Below are positions 16,961 through 30,969 of a DNA stretch of 64,000 bases, in pieces; the first letter of the stretch is position 1; the number at the start of each line of letters is the position of its first letter. The translations under genes and the position numbers were made by a program. The notes beneath the pieces were generated by a model. That model was not told the origin of the DNA, did not search any database, and worked only from the letters and a program-made list of their open reading frames with translations. Source of the DNA: the human T2T-CHM13v2.0 reference genome, Homo sapiens; NCBI RefSeq assembly GCF_009914755.1, contig NC_060932.1; one strand, given 5' to 3'.

Positions 16961-17118
16961 ACCACTGGTCTCCAAATGGACACAGCAATTTCAGATTTAA
17001 AACACTGTATTTTGCAAAATCTTATTTCTACAGCTATTACCTTTGGCCCATCTGAGTTTCTAATTTTGTGGCCAGCCAGATAGGTTAAGAGAACATCATC
17101 TGAGTCAGTCAAAATTTT

Positions 17119-17158
17119 CCAATCCAATCCAATCCAGTCCAGTCCAATCCAGTCCAAT
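17119..17158 (+). repeat. (CCAAT/CCAGT)n pentanucleotide repeat
   Basis: ccaatccaatccaatccagtccagtccaatccagtccaat. Confidence 0.9.
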
Positions 17159-17752
17159 GCTTTGATGCCATTATCTACACATAGGGGCTTTATATGTAGG
17201 ATGGAAGTGGAGAAAGGGGTAAGAGATAAGGCACTCATTTAGTCCTCCCATAGGGCTTTCCAGTATGGCTGCTGTTGAAATAAAGAAGAAAGAAGAGACG
17301 AAGGGGTTGAAACCATTGAAGTTTCACCAATATAAGCCTGAAAGCAATTTTGATCCATTCCACACATTCTCTAGTAACATTAAAAGAAAAATGTACAATC
17401 CTATCAGGGCTCAGTCCAGTGAGAAACATCCCAGTGAGTTTTATCAGCAATCGTTCTGGGAAGTGGGAGACAGGGGGTACCGGGACATCGGTCAGTGTGA
17501 CCCACGCCAGGAGGGCTGTGTTCCTTGGCGGGGGTGGGAGGCCTACCAGAGTCAAGAGACAGGCCTTTGGCTCTTATAAGAAACTCCTTTTGTTGCATGT
17601 GTGTACTGAACCCATTTATACAATATCTTCTATCTGCAATGAATCTATGAGCCAGTTCTGATTTCACATATCCAAGCATGAAATTAAGAACTATTTATAT
17701 TTTGTATTTTTGACTTACATTTTTACTTTTTTTCAAGAAGACACATTATAGC

Positions 17753-18304
17753 TGTCAGACGTATGTGAATCAGAGCAACTCCATCTTGAATAGGAGCTGG
17801 GTAAATTGAGGCTGAGACCTACTGGGCTGCATTCCCAGACAGTTAAGGCATTCTAAGTCACAGGATGAGACAGGAGGTTGGCACAAGATACAGGTTGTAA
17901 AGACCTTGCTGATGAAGCAGGCTGCAATAAAGAAGCCAGCCAAAACCCACCAAAACCAAGATGGCCACGAGAGTGACCTCTAACTGTCCTCACTGCTACA
18001 CTCCCACCAGCGCCATGACAGTGTACAAATGCCATGGCAATGTCAGGAAGTTACCCTATGTGGTCCAAAAGGGGAAGGCATAAATAATCCACTCCTCGTT
18101 TAGTATATAATCAAGAAATAACCATAAAAATGGGCAACCAGCAGCTCTCCAGGCTGTCTGTCTATGGAGTAGCCATTCTTTATTCCTTTACTTTCCTAAT
18201 AAATTTGTTTTCACTTTACTCTATGGACTTGCCCTGAATTCTTTCTTATGTGAAATCCAAGAAGCCTCTCTTGGGGTCTGGATCGGGGCCCCTTTTCTGT
18301 AATA
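17753..18304 (+). mobile_element. MER41A ERV1 solo LTR
   Basis: tgtcagac..cagagcaactccatcttgaatagg..ggggtctggatcgggg..; lacks the MER41B segment carrying GAS sites; TSD tagc at 17749-17752 and 18305-18308. Confidence 0.9.
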
Positions 18305-18487
18305 TAGCTATCTTTCAATTATATATCTTGGTGGGACTTTTCATATAAGTTATTCCATTAATCAGGAAAAACATCGTTTTTCAGGTCATGTATGTTGATG
18401 TCTATCAGTGGATTACAGTCACTGCTAGAAATCTGTCATCTGCTAGAGAGCAAAAACAGAATCAGTGAGAAGGGATCTTACAGAAGG

Positions 18488-18583
18488 GTGTGTGTGTGAG
18501 AGAGAGAGAGACAGAGAGAGAGAGACAGTACGTGTGTGTGTGTGTTAGAGAGAGACACAGAGAGAGTGCATGTGTGTGTGTGA

Positions 18584-18618
<35 letters not shown>

Positions 18619-18663
18619 TGTGTGTGTGTGTGTGTGTGTGTGTGAGACACAGAGAGAGAGAGA
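18488..18663 (+). repeat. Compound (TG)n(AG)n microsatellite array
   Basis: Four alternating TG and AG blocks. Confidence 0.95.
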
Positions 18664-19274
18664 GGGCATCTCCCCTCCCCATTCTGATATCCCACTGTGT
18701 TTGGGAACCACTGAGCCAGTCCAAGCCCTTCATTTGACAGATGAGACACTGGTGACTTGGCATACATGGAGGGAGGGTGTGACACTTGTGTTCTCCCTGT
18801 CTGCTCCAGGGCCACACACACACAGTAACAGTTGAATTAAAGTGCAGCCAGCTACCGTGGTGGGGACAGGCCAGCAGTGAACAATGCAAGACAGGATGGC
18901 ACAGAGGTGAAGAGCACCAGCTTTGGAGCTGACAGACCCCCTCCTCAGCCCTAGATAGTACGCCTGCAGGCACACCAGAGGCAGAGCAGGGTGCCTGAAA
19001 AACCTAGGCTCTCTGCTATTCCAGCTTCGCCTGGAGGTTCCAACGTGCGTTTCCACAAAATTACAAATGTCATAGAGCATCAGAGTCACTCTCAAATCTT
19101 TGGAACCACAGATGTTGAGTTCATCAATAGCAAATGTTGCTGAAGTTAACAAATTAGATCACCCCCTGCTCAGCCTCTACATAAAGCCGAGTCCAAGGGG
19201 CCTCAGCTAAGCGTTTAATCAGGCCCTTGCTGGATGTGCATGGCCATCTGAAAGCAGTATTTTGGGGTAACGAA

Positions 19275-19300
19275 TCTCTCTCTCTCTCTCTCTCTCTCTC
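19275..19300 (+). repeat. (TC)n microsatellite
   Basis: Directly visible. Confidence 0.9.
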
Positions 19301-19506
19301 CTCATGCAGTTTCTCAAAGGAGAGTGGAAATCTGCATGAAGAAGGGAGGAGAAGGAAGCCCTGAGTGGGGAGGAGCTAATAGGAATCAGGGATGCTCCCA
19401 GGAAGGAACCTCCTTGTGAAGTTTAACTTGCTAGCTCTCAAAAAGAAAAGGCCATTTAGTGTGCCTTTAAGAACTTACTTAATTCTTCTTTGTTTCATTG
19501 CAATGA

Positions 19507-19870
<364 letters not shown>

Positions 19871-21099
19871 TAATTATCACTGGTTACGATTCCTGATACA
19901 CCGTGCTGCTGTGTCAGGGAAAGTTCACAGCAGGGCAGCCCCACAAGGGAAGGAGGCTGCCCACACCCGCCAGCAAGAGGAAGCCCCTGTGCTGAAGTTC
20001 CTCTCGAGCCATATGAGGGTAACAGTGAGTCCCCAGTGGAGAGAGGATGGAAGATCACACCTGCCCTTTCCCAGGGAGGCTGGGTGGCAAATGCAGGTGG
20101 TGGGGCTCGCTTCATTTATCTCTCTTTAGCCCGGTGCAAGTTGCAATGCCTTTAGGAGTGTATATTTGCAATGCTGAAAGCTAGGAAGAGTGTTTGTGGC
20201 CAGGCGGGTGGAAAGGGCCTGTGGTTCTGATGGTCCCTGAGGAAGGGCGATAAAGAGGGGCCCCTTTCTCTGTGCCACCACCCTCTTAGTCCTGTCACAG
20301 ATAACTCCAAGGCACCATAATGCTTCCTGGTTGTAATGGAATTCAACATCTGTGATTCCTAAAGTTTAAGAGTGACCTTGATAGTGGCAGAATTCCTCAT
20401 GATCTAACTCCCTCCATAGACAGGAGTCGAGGAGCACAGGCAGAAAAGTGGGTCCCGCATGATTTATTTGTACTTACAATCTGAGCACAAGTCCCTAAAC
20501 GAGCTTCAGAAACATGAGGGTCCCCCTGGGCCTGCTCCCTTCGGCCACATACCCCCACCTGACCCCCTGCGGAGCCTTTTCCAAGAGCCTCCAAATTTGA
20601 GAGCTAAAGAAAGATGCAGGTGGGAGCTGTCTCCTCTCTACTTCTGCTCGTAGCCCCTGGAGCCTTGCCAGGCACTGATGAGTCACCCCCATCCCCACTC
20701 TTCATTCTTGTCTCCCTGGGGCAGGCGACACACTCAGGCTTTCAGAGTTAGACAAAGCATCATTGTCTTTAGGGCTTTTTCTGCACAGAGATCAGGATAA
20801 GAAAAGGAAAAACATCCCAAGGCCTAACAGTGAAGGCATCTGTTGCTGACCACACTGAGGGCTGTGGCTTCTCTTCAGACCTGGACTGGTGAGGTCTGCA
20901 GGCCTCTGGGCTGAGCCCGACTCCTCTTCAGCCTCATTAACCCAGAAAGGGGTCTGGAGAGGTGAATTTAGGCAGATTCCAACGAGCAAGAACTGATCAT
21001 CGTTCCTGCTTACCGCTGGTTGTTCTGGACAAGAAGTGATAGGTGAGGGAGTTTCTAGCACTTTCCTTTACTTTAAGTCATGTTTCTCGTCTCTTGCTC

Positions 21100-21745
<646 letters not shown>

Positions 21746-21984
21746 TTTGCTCTTTCTTTAAAACAGTGTTTATTGAGCACCTACTATATTGGGAGTTAGG
21801 GAGAGAAAACTGCAGTCCCTGTTCATGAAGAATTCAGAGGAGATTTTCCTGCATTTCTTGAGGTAACTGTCATGGCCTCGCCTTGGCAGTGGGTTTGGGA
21901 GACACTGCTAATTCTCCTCAGGTCCACCTTGTTTCCAGACCTATAACCAGATTCAAATCCAAGGCCACTAGCCTGGAGACCCAG

Positions 21985-22277
21985 TTGCAGTTCAAGCCTG
22001 AAGCCGGTGTGTGGGAAATTCCTTCTTGCTCAAGGCCAGTCAGTCTTTTGTTCTAGTCAGGTCTTCAACTGATTGGATAAGGCCCACCCACATTATGGAA
22101 GGCAATCTGCTTTATATGTTAATTTCATCCAAAAACACACAGAAACATCCTGAATAATGCGTGAGCACATATCTAGGCACCATGGCTTAGCCAGGCTGAC
22201 ACATAAAATTAACCATCGCAAGTCCTCACCTTGTCAGCTCGGCACTCATGCACCTCCTTACACCATACTTAATCTCC
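21985..22277 (-). mobile_element. MLT2-type ERVL LTR 5' part plus ERVL internal 3' end (PPT side)
   Basis: ctgattggataaggcccacccacattatgga..tgacacataaaattaaccatcgca followed by agtcctcaccttgtcagct..caccatacttaatctcc. Confidence 0.75.
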
Positions 22278-22329
22278 GAGAAAAGCACTTTAGGAGATCA
22301 GGGTGGGAGGATCACTTATGGCCAGGAAG

Positions 22330-22950
22330 CGAGGAAGAGCACATCTGGAATGCAAGAGATCCCTTAGGGCGTATCTTGGTATTACCACGGCCTATGATTC
22401 AGGTCAATGGAAAGCTACAATAACTGCAATGGAAAACTACAATAAGTCAATCCAGGCAGGAATATGGGTCAGACCCTTTAGCAATGAAGGCTTGGGTCAC
22501 CCCACAGGTAAAAAACCACACCAGCTGAGGTGCTTGCTAAGGGTGAAGGGGATATAGCATGATTAGTAGAAGAGGTAGTTGTAACTACAAGCCATGACCT
22601 CATGACCGGCTATAGAAATATGGTTATAGAAACCCACAACAGAAATGAATATTTCTTCCTTATTTGTTGTGAATACCTGTGTGTACATATCTCTGTATCT
22701 ATAGCAAGTATCTTTACTTTCCTCCCACTCTTATCCTTCTATCATGTAACATAAGATGTGTTGACCTTATATGATAGTATTTAAGCATTGTTAACATTAC
22801 ATCATAGTTTTTAAGTTACAGAATATCAAGGAGAAGGGTAAACATCACCCAAGAACTTTGCAACTTCTTCTGGGACAAGAATTAGTGTTTTTGATTTTAT
22901 GTAGGATAGTTGTATCATGTTAGGCAGAATGATGACCTTGTGACTGTTTT
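22330..22950 (+). mobile_element. ERVL internal fragment (dUTPase C-terminus and 3' region)
   Basis: Translates EEEHIWNARDPLGRILVLPRPMIQVNGKLQ, like HERV-L WNTGDPLGRLLVLPCPVIKVNGKLQ; ends ggatagttgtatcatgttaggcagaatgatgaccttg. Confidence 0.8.
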
Positions 22951-23338
22951 ACTTTACTTTTTAAAAAGTGTTGGATTCTCACTCTGTCATCCAGGCTGAA
23001 GTGCAGTGGCACAATCACAGCTCACTGTAGCCTGGAATTCCTGGTTCAAGGGTTTAAGTGATCCTTTTGCCCTCCTGAGTAGCTGGGACTACAGGTGTGT
23101 GCCACCATGCCTTGCTAATCAAACGCCTCCTGGGTTCAAGCAATTCTCCTGCCTCAGCCTCCCAAGTAGCTGAGACTACAGGTGCATACCACCATGCCGT
23201 GCTAATTATTGTATTTTTAGTAGAGACGGGGTTTCACCATATTGGCTAGGCTGGTATTGAACTCCTGACCTCATGATCTGCTTGCCTCGGCCTCCCAAAG
23301 TGCTGGGATTATAGGCGCCAGCCACTGCACCCAACCCC
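22950..23338 (-). mobile_element. AluJ right arm (22950-23120) fused to a tail-less AluS (23123-23338)
   Basis: Two Alu pieces joined at ttgctaatc|aaacgcctcctgggttcaag. Confidence 0.8.
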
Positions 23339-23339
23339 T

Positions 23340-23529
23340 GCACACTTTTAAATGACCACATCTCCAGAGAACTCACTGTTGTTAGGACAGGACCAAGTGG
23401 GATGGGGCTAAACCATTCATGAGAAACCACTCCCATGACCCAGTCACCTCCCACCCGGTCCCACCTCCAACACTGGGGATTACAATTCAGGATGAGATTT
23501 GGGAGCAGACACAGATCCAAACTATATCA
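23340..23529 (-). mobile_element. MST (MSTA/B) MaLR LTR, 5' half only
   Basis: cacctccaacactggggattacaatt..gagatttggg..gacacagatccaaactatatca. Confidence 0.8.
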
Positions 23530-23939
23530 GGACCATAATATCCTGAGACATTAAAAATATGGGCTGATTTGGGAAAGAGGAAAGCTAGCTCTGATTTTGA
23601 GGAGCGTGAGAGGGAAGGGAGAGTTATTAGGATCACGGTTCAGAGAACAGTCCCACATCAGCCCAATATTTAAGCAAGGACCCCTAGAAGCTGCATTTCT
23701 TCAGAAACAAGAAGGAGCAAGTAACTGGCCCGAGTGTTGAATTTCTTCCTCACAGCTGAGAAGCCTTCAGTTTTGTGGGTTTTGGGACGTGGTCAGTCTA
23801 CTTCTCCACGTTCAGAAATTGTAACAACAGTGCACAACCTGTGGGTGTGTGATGATGCTAGGAGACGCGGCCTCCCTCACCCCTGGCAGAGAGTTGCTCA
23901 GGTAAAGTGCGAGTGATTGAGTTAAGCATATAAACCTGA

Positions 23940-24317
<378 letters not shown>

Positions 24318-24899
24318 TTAGAAAATACAGAACATTCAGAAGAAGAAATGAATGCTCATATCATCTTACCATGTAAAGATATTTATTAACTTTTTAATGT
24401 GATTTTCATTCTATGTGCAGCTTTCTGTTCTTTTTGTACCGAACATTATATGATGGTCATTTTTATATATTTTTACTAAAAACCATTCATAATCATTACT
24501 TGTGCTTGTTTCAAATTAGCCATTGAGTGACTAAGCTATTATGACAATGATTTCTATATTCCTGGGACTTTTAGATTGTTTCTAATTGCTTACTAACAAA
24601 AATAAGTGACCATCTTAACTCAGAAAAGTTTTTTCAGTTCCCAAGAACAGATTCACTGGGTCAAAGCAAACGACACTTGACATATAAATTATAAAATGCT
24701 TTTCCAAATCGTCTCACCGCACTTCAGTCTTATGTTGTAAGTTGTAAGTGCATGGGAGAAGCACAAGGGGCGCTGTTGAGGTAGCACTATAAGTAAAGGA
24801 AATGGAGTCCCCTCTAGGAGTTAAGCTGCAAAGCCAGCAAGCACACCTAAAGCACAAGCGCAGGAAGTGAGTCCGTGCTGGCTTGGCAAAGAGGCTGTA

Positions 24900-25640
24900 C
24901 ACTGGGGAAAATAAAGTTGCATCTCCTGCTCATCCATACACAAAGGTAAACTGCAGGTGGATTGAAGGCCTAAGAGCGAAAAGCAAAACCAGTGTGGTAA
25001 GAGAACTGTGCAATGGATGAGAGACGTCTTATCTCTAAGACGTCAGGAAGCTAAGGATTTCCTAAATAAGCCCCTCGAAAGCATAAAGCACAAAAGCGGG
25101 AAACAGTAGATTTAAGTCTATTAAAAGTAAGGATTTCTGTTCATTAAAAACACAATAGATGAAATTGACAAATTGGTGGCAAATCTGGAAGACATTCACA
25201 ATTTTAAAAATCAACAAGGGATCACGTCTATTATAGAATACGCAAGGAACTTTTAGCAATCAACTGAGAAAAGACGGAAGCCCATAGAATGTGAGCAAGA
25301 GGTAGGAATTAGCAATTGACAGAAAGGAAAGCCTAGGTGGCTAACAGGTATACATGGTGTTCAATTTCACTGGCATTCACAAGTGTGCAAATTAAAGCCA
25401 CTTACCACCTTCCCCTCATCAGAGCGGAGAAAGTGGGCAGTTAAACAATCCTCTCAAGCGCACTGGTGGGTGTGGAACGAGGACCCCATTCTGAGACAGG
25501 ATCCTACAGTCCTTCATGATGTCAGGAACGCATCTGGCTACGGGTAGAACGCCCTCTCCTGGGGTGTGCTCCTGAGAAAGCTTTCCGAGGCCCACAGGGG
25601 ATAAAGCATACACACCCAAGCAGGCGTGTTAAACACGTCA
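24900..25640 (+). mobile_element. Ancient L1M (L1ME-like) ORF2 3' relic
   Basis: Degenerate L1 motifs (ccatacacaaaggtaaactgcaggtggattgaaggcctaa; attaaaagtaaggatttctgttcattaaaa; gtgcaaattaaagccac). Confidence 0.6.
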
Positions 25641-26083
25641 GAGCAGATGAATGTGGGGAAAGAAGATGGAAATTGGGATGAGGAAAGAGGGGGAATATTA
25701 ATGAAACTACAGTCAGAGAGGAGTTCTGCAAGGCTGGTTATAGCACGCCATGAGCTGAGGCGTGTAATTAACTAGACACTCTCCATCTGACGTCCAATTT
25801 AATTAATTAATTAATCAATTAATTAGTTACTTACCTGGACTCTGCCTCACGAGTTAGATCATCCCTTGGCACTGATAAAAGGCAAGTCTGAGCTGACAAG
25901 GCAAAGCTGCTTTCTACCAGGCTGGCCTTGGATGATGCCATTATGCACCATGAGTGCAAATCGTTTCTACAGGTACTCTTGGTTTTAAAAATGTTTGTTA
26001 CTCTGATAAGTAGAAATGTACAATTAAATTTTAAGAGGTATACAAAGATTTTAACATGACATCTTTCTTTCAAAGTCATGTAT

Positions 26084-26370
26084 GCCAGGCAAAGTGGCTA
26101 ACACCTGTAATCCCAGTATTTTAGGAGGGTGAGTGGGGAGGATCGTTTGAGTCCAGGCATTGGAGACCAGCCTGGGCAACATAGGGAGACCACATCTCAA
26201 AAAAAAAAAATTAGCTGGGTGTGGTGGTTCACACCCGTAGTCCCAGCTACTCAAGAGGCTGAGGTGGGAGGATCACTTGAGCCCAGGTCAAGGTTACAGT
26301 GAGCTATGATCAAGCCACAGAACTCCAGCCTGGGTGACAGAACAATAGCTTGCCTATTGAAAAAGAAAAA
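26084..26370 (+). mobile_element. AluJ SINE
   Basis: J-type dimer. Confidence 0.88.
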
Positions 26371-26462
26371 GTCCTGTGTATTTCATTTTATAAAATGAAG
26401 ATTTACAAACCCCTTGCTGATCCCCAAGAAATCCTGGGCTGTCATAGGTAGGGCTTGGTCAA

Positions 26463-26937
26463 TGTGGTAGGCAGAATAATGACCACCACCCCAAAAATGT
26501 CCATGTCTTAATCCCTAGAATGTGTTACCTTCCATGGCAAAAGAGACTTTGCAGATGTGAATGAGGTCAAACACCTTGTTGAAGGAGATCATCCAGGAAT
26601 ATCTTGGTGAGTCCAGTATAATCACTGTGCCTTAAATGTGGAGAAGTCTTCCTGGCAGCCTTCAGAGAGGGAGAGGCATGCTGCTGATTTGAGGACAGAG
26701 GAGGGGCCACAACCTAAAGAATGCAGGTGGCCTCTAGAAAGTGGAGGAGGCAAGAAAATGGATTCTCCCCTAGAGCCTTCAGGAAAGAATCCAGCCCTGC
26801 TGGCACTTTTATTTTAGTGCAGCAAGACCTATCGGATCCTGACCTGCAGAACCGTATGAGGAGGATATATATTTGTGTTGTTCTGGGACCACTGCATTTG
26901 TGGTGATTTGCTACGGCAGCAATAGAAAATTAACACA
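26463..26937 (+). mobile_element. MLT1D-like MaLR solo LTR
   Basis: tgtggtaggcagaataatg..gactttgcagatgtga..ggattctcccctagagcct..gcagcaatagaaaattaacaca. Confidence 0.85.
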
Positions 26938-27299
26938 GTAGACACAACCTGACTTAACCCCATTGACAGTCTAGAGTTAGCTTTCTCCTTCTTCTTCTTC
27001 TTCTTTTTTATTTTTTTTTAACATTTTCTGCTAAAACCCTACAGAGTCTCTTCAGCAACATGATTCTGGGGAGGCAGGCCTGTGGAAAGCTCACAGAATG
27101 GTAGAATTAGAAGCCATCACAAAAGTAACCCAGTGCAACTGCCTGCCCAAAGCTGGAATCTCTCCCACAACGTCCCTGATCATTGGACACTCAGCGTTTG
27201 CTTGGACCTTGGGGGTGAAACTTTAGTTCCTGGTCTGCCCCAACTACACATTGAATTCTCTCTTCACAGCTGACTTAGTTCTGCTGTCAGAGAATATTC

Positions 27300-27424
27300 T
27301 TTTTTTTTTTTTTTTTTTTTTGAGATGGGGATCTCACTAGTCTCAAATCCCTTGCCTCAATCAAACCTCCCACATTGGCCCCACAAAGTGCCATGATTAC
27401 AGGTGAGAGCCACCACGCCCGGCC
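27300..27424 (-). mobile_element. FLAM-like Alu monomer
   Basis: Poly-T then a deleted left monomer ending ccaccacgcccggcc. Confidence 0.75.
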
Positions 27425-27674
27425 AATAACATTACTTATAAGGAAATCTGTTGCATTGCTCTGTTAAAAGGGGATCTGCTAAAACATTCTTTCTTGCTAT
27501 GAACCAACATCTACTGCTCTCAAATGTCCATGTTTTGACATTAGTTCTGCTTTTTAAAGTGATGTAGAACAGAACATACAGGCTGTGCCTAGGGCCTGAG
27601 ATAAAAGAATTGGGTTCAGAAGAAAGGCTGGCAGATTATTGAGCTGCATTCAACTCAAGCCTGTTCCACTGGAC

Positions 27675-27900
27675 ACATGTTCATTGAGCATCTATTTTGT
27701 GCCAGGCATTCTGTGAGCTGCCGTGAACCATGAGCACACAAACACAGCCCCTGCCCTAGAGGAGCTTACAGTTTAAGTGAAAAAGGTGGTAAGTAGATAC
27801 TCACACAACAAAACAGAAAACATAATTACCGATTGTAATACAATCTGTGAAGGAAAAGTACAGCTATTATAAGCACATATACAGAGGTACCTGACCACTG
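27675..27900 (-). mobile_element. L2 relic
   Basis: ttcattgagcatctattttgtgccaggcattctg..ccctgccctagaggagcttacagtt. Confidence 0.65.
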
Positions 27901-28296
27901 GTCAAAAGGGTCCCCATCTGTCCAAGGACCCTGTTTGAGATGAAACTTCCCTTAGTCACTGGATAACCCTTCAAGTTCTCAGAGCTTTAGATGAATGTAA
28001 AAGTGCTCTGTGTAACCTGACTATAATATAACAGTTTGAATGTGGGTGCCTCTGCTCTGTTTAATATAGGGTTGTGGCTGCCTTTGCTATGCATTTTTGG
28101 TAGATTTGTCAAGAGTAGTGGCCAAGGTAGCCAGCCCCTGGCTGTCATTTCTGTACTTGGGAACCCCCTCACATAACCCCATTGTTACCCTGGCCTGGTT
28201 TGCTGGTAACTCCAGAGAAGAGTCAGAACTCCCCACAGCAGGTCTGATAAAGAGGGCCCTGAACAACCCATTGCCATCCATGAGGTTACCAACAGC

Positions 28297-28381
28297 CATC
28301 GCTGTTGACCTGCTAGGACAGACAGGAGGAGGCTACCAGACATCCAGTCATCGCTGTTGACCTGCTAGGACAGACGGGAGG
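28297..28381 (+). repeat. 33-bp direct repeat, two copies, 19-bp spacer
   Basis: catcgctgttgacctgctaggacagac(a/g)ggagg at 28297-28329 and 28349-28381. Confidence 0.92.
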
Positions 28382-28499
28382 TCCTTCCTCTGGACAACTC
28401 TCTGAGAACTCACTGCTGTTGGGACCAGAAAGCTGGTATATGTACATTTATTTATATTAATCTGTATATCTACATAATTAATATTATCAATGGTAATAT

Positions 28500-29290
28500 A
28501 AATGACATTGTAGGTGACAGCAAGGATCAATACATAATGGTAAAATATTCCATTTGCTAAGATGTTATTTTAAATACATATATGCCAGGCTGGGTGCAGT
28601 GGCTCACGCTTGTAATTCCAGCACTTTGGGAGGCCAAGGCGGGTCAATTACCTGAGGTCTGGGGTTCGAGACCAGCCTGGCCAACATGGCAAACGCCGTC
28701 TCTATTAAAAATACAAAAATTAGCTGGGCATGGTGGTGGCGTGTGCCTGTAGTCCCGGCTACTCAGGAGGCTGGGGCAGGAGAATCGCTTGAACCCAGGA
28801 GGCGGAGGTTGCAGTGAGCCGAGTTCATGCCACTACACTCCAGCCTGGGTGACAGAGCAAGATTCCATCTCAAAAACCAAAACAAAACAAAACAAAACAA
28901 AATGAAAAAACACATCTATACCAAAAAAAAAAACCCTTCAAAATATGAGAAACAATTTAAAAATCAATCTTCAGGGAGAAATACTAAGTCCACCATCATA
29001 GTAGAATATTTCAATATACCTTTTTGTTGTTGAATGAGCCATAAGACAAGGGAAAAAATCATCAAGGATGCAGAAGATCTGTAAAACTCTATGAACAAGG
29101 TCGGCCTAATGAATGTAAAATCAGTGCAACATTAGAGCATACGCATTTCCCCTGAAGAACACCTGCTATACTTCCAATAATTGATCGGGAGCAATGACAT
29201 AAAAATAATCTCAGTAAATTTCAAAAAGTAAGTGTCATACAGACTGTGACATCTGCATGCAACACAATTTGGCTAGAAGTTAATAATACA
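28500..29290 (+). mobile_element. Ancient L1M ORF2 endonuclease-region relic with nested Alu
   Basis: Degenerate EN-domain sequence (tacataatggtaaaa; tccaccatcatagtagaatatttcaata; aaggatgcagaagatctg). Confidence 0.55.
28588..28905 (+). mobile_element. AluSx/Sq SINE
   Basis: Full dimer, (CAAAA)n tail; TSD aaatacatatatgcca / aaacacatctatacca. Confidence 0.9.
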
Positions 29291-29378
29291 TACTCTCTAC
29301 TAAAACAACCGAAAGCTCATTGATGAAGAAGTGGAAGAATATGCAATGGAATATTACAACACATATGATGATGTAGAT

Positions 29379-29975
<597 letters not shown>

Positions 29976-30969
29976 TAATTCACCTCTTAGAGCAGCCACA
30001 CTCCTCTCTCTCTGTCCTGGCAGGTGACACAGGAAGCTCATTGGAAAGGATCAGCAGTGAGACCTGGCTGAGGAAGGGCGTGTGCATAGGAGGCTGCACC
30101 ATGCAGCCTCCAATCCATGTAGGATGCTGACCAAACATGTGGCTGGAGCATGAAACCAGGGCAGAACTATTTGCTTGAGAATAAATTATAGCCCTTCCAT
30201 TATCTTGTTTCATGACTCTCCTGTGCACATTCTATCCACTGATTGCAGAGAGAAACTATTTTATTACCAGCCACAGGGATCTCAGGTTCCAATTTATATA
30301 AAGATAATGAAATGTCAAACTGACCCAGTCTTGTTGCTATAAATAGCTTATCACCCCTGTCAAAATAGTCCAGTTCATAACAGCTCTCCTTTGGCCCCCT
30401 GGGAAGCCCAGTCCTGCAGCCCTGGCTCTTGGAGACACCTGGCACTCCTGGCTGGGCCCAGATCCACCTTCACATCCAGATCTGAGCTGTCTCTCTGCAG
30501 ACTGCAGACCCCCAAGCCCTGGCCTGCCTTCCCTAGATTCCGACCAGAACCTCTTTCTTAAGCATTGCATCCCAGGCCCTTTCCATATAACTAGGGAAAT
30601 TACGTTCAATGCCTGTTTCCTTCTTTCTAGCCCTTTCCAGCTGTCTTGCCTCTGGTCAATTCAAGCATTAAAGGCTGTTCTTACAACAGTCCAGTTTGCC
30701 TCAATTAATCCTCCTGTCTGATTTTGTTTCTTCTAAAGCTTGCTTTTTTTCCCTTCACTTAAAACATGGGTCTCCACTGCTGAGGAGGCATTTAGACCCT
30801 GTGATAATATGAGTGACATCTGCTTTGGGTCCTTGCCTAGTTCACAATCCCATTCTGAAGGAAACTGCCCCTGCTTCTAACCCAGGTTTCCTCCCCAGGA
30901 AGCAGCCCTATGTGGTTGCCTGTCACCACGCTGGTACCAGGTGACCCCTCACTCTTCCAGGTGGGCATT

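Noticed and set aside
18462-19152. Overlapping ORFs with HTHT/SLSL/CVCV runs (also near 48071, 58932 and 59538)
   Set aside because: Produced by dinucleotide microsatellites.
24760-24778. CTCF-like gcacaaggggcgctg
   Set aside because: The 5' half of the core mismatches at several positions; too weak to call.
28297-28381. CRISPR-like repeat-spacer-repeat
   Set aside because: Only two repeats, no cas genes and a primate genomic context; kept only as a local duplication.
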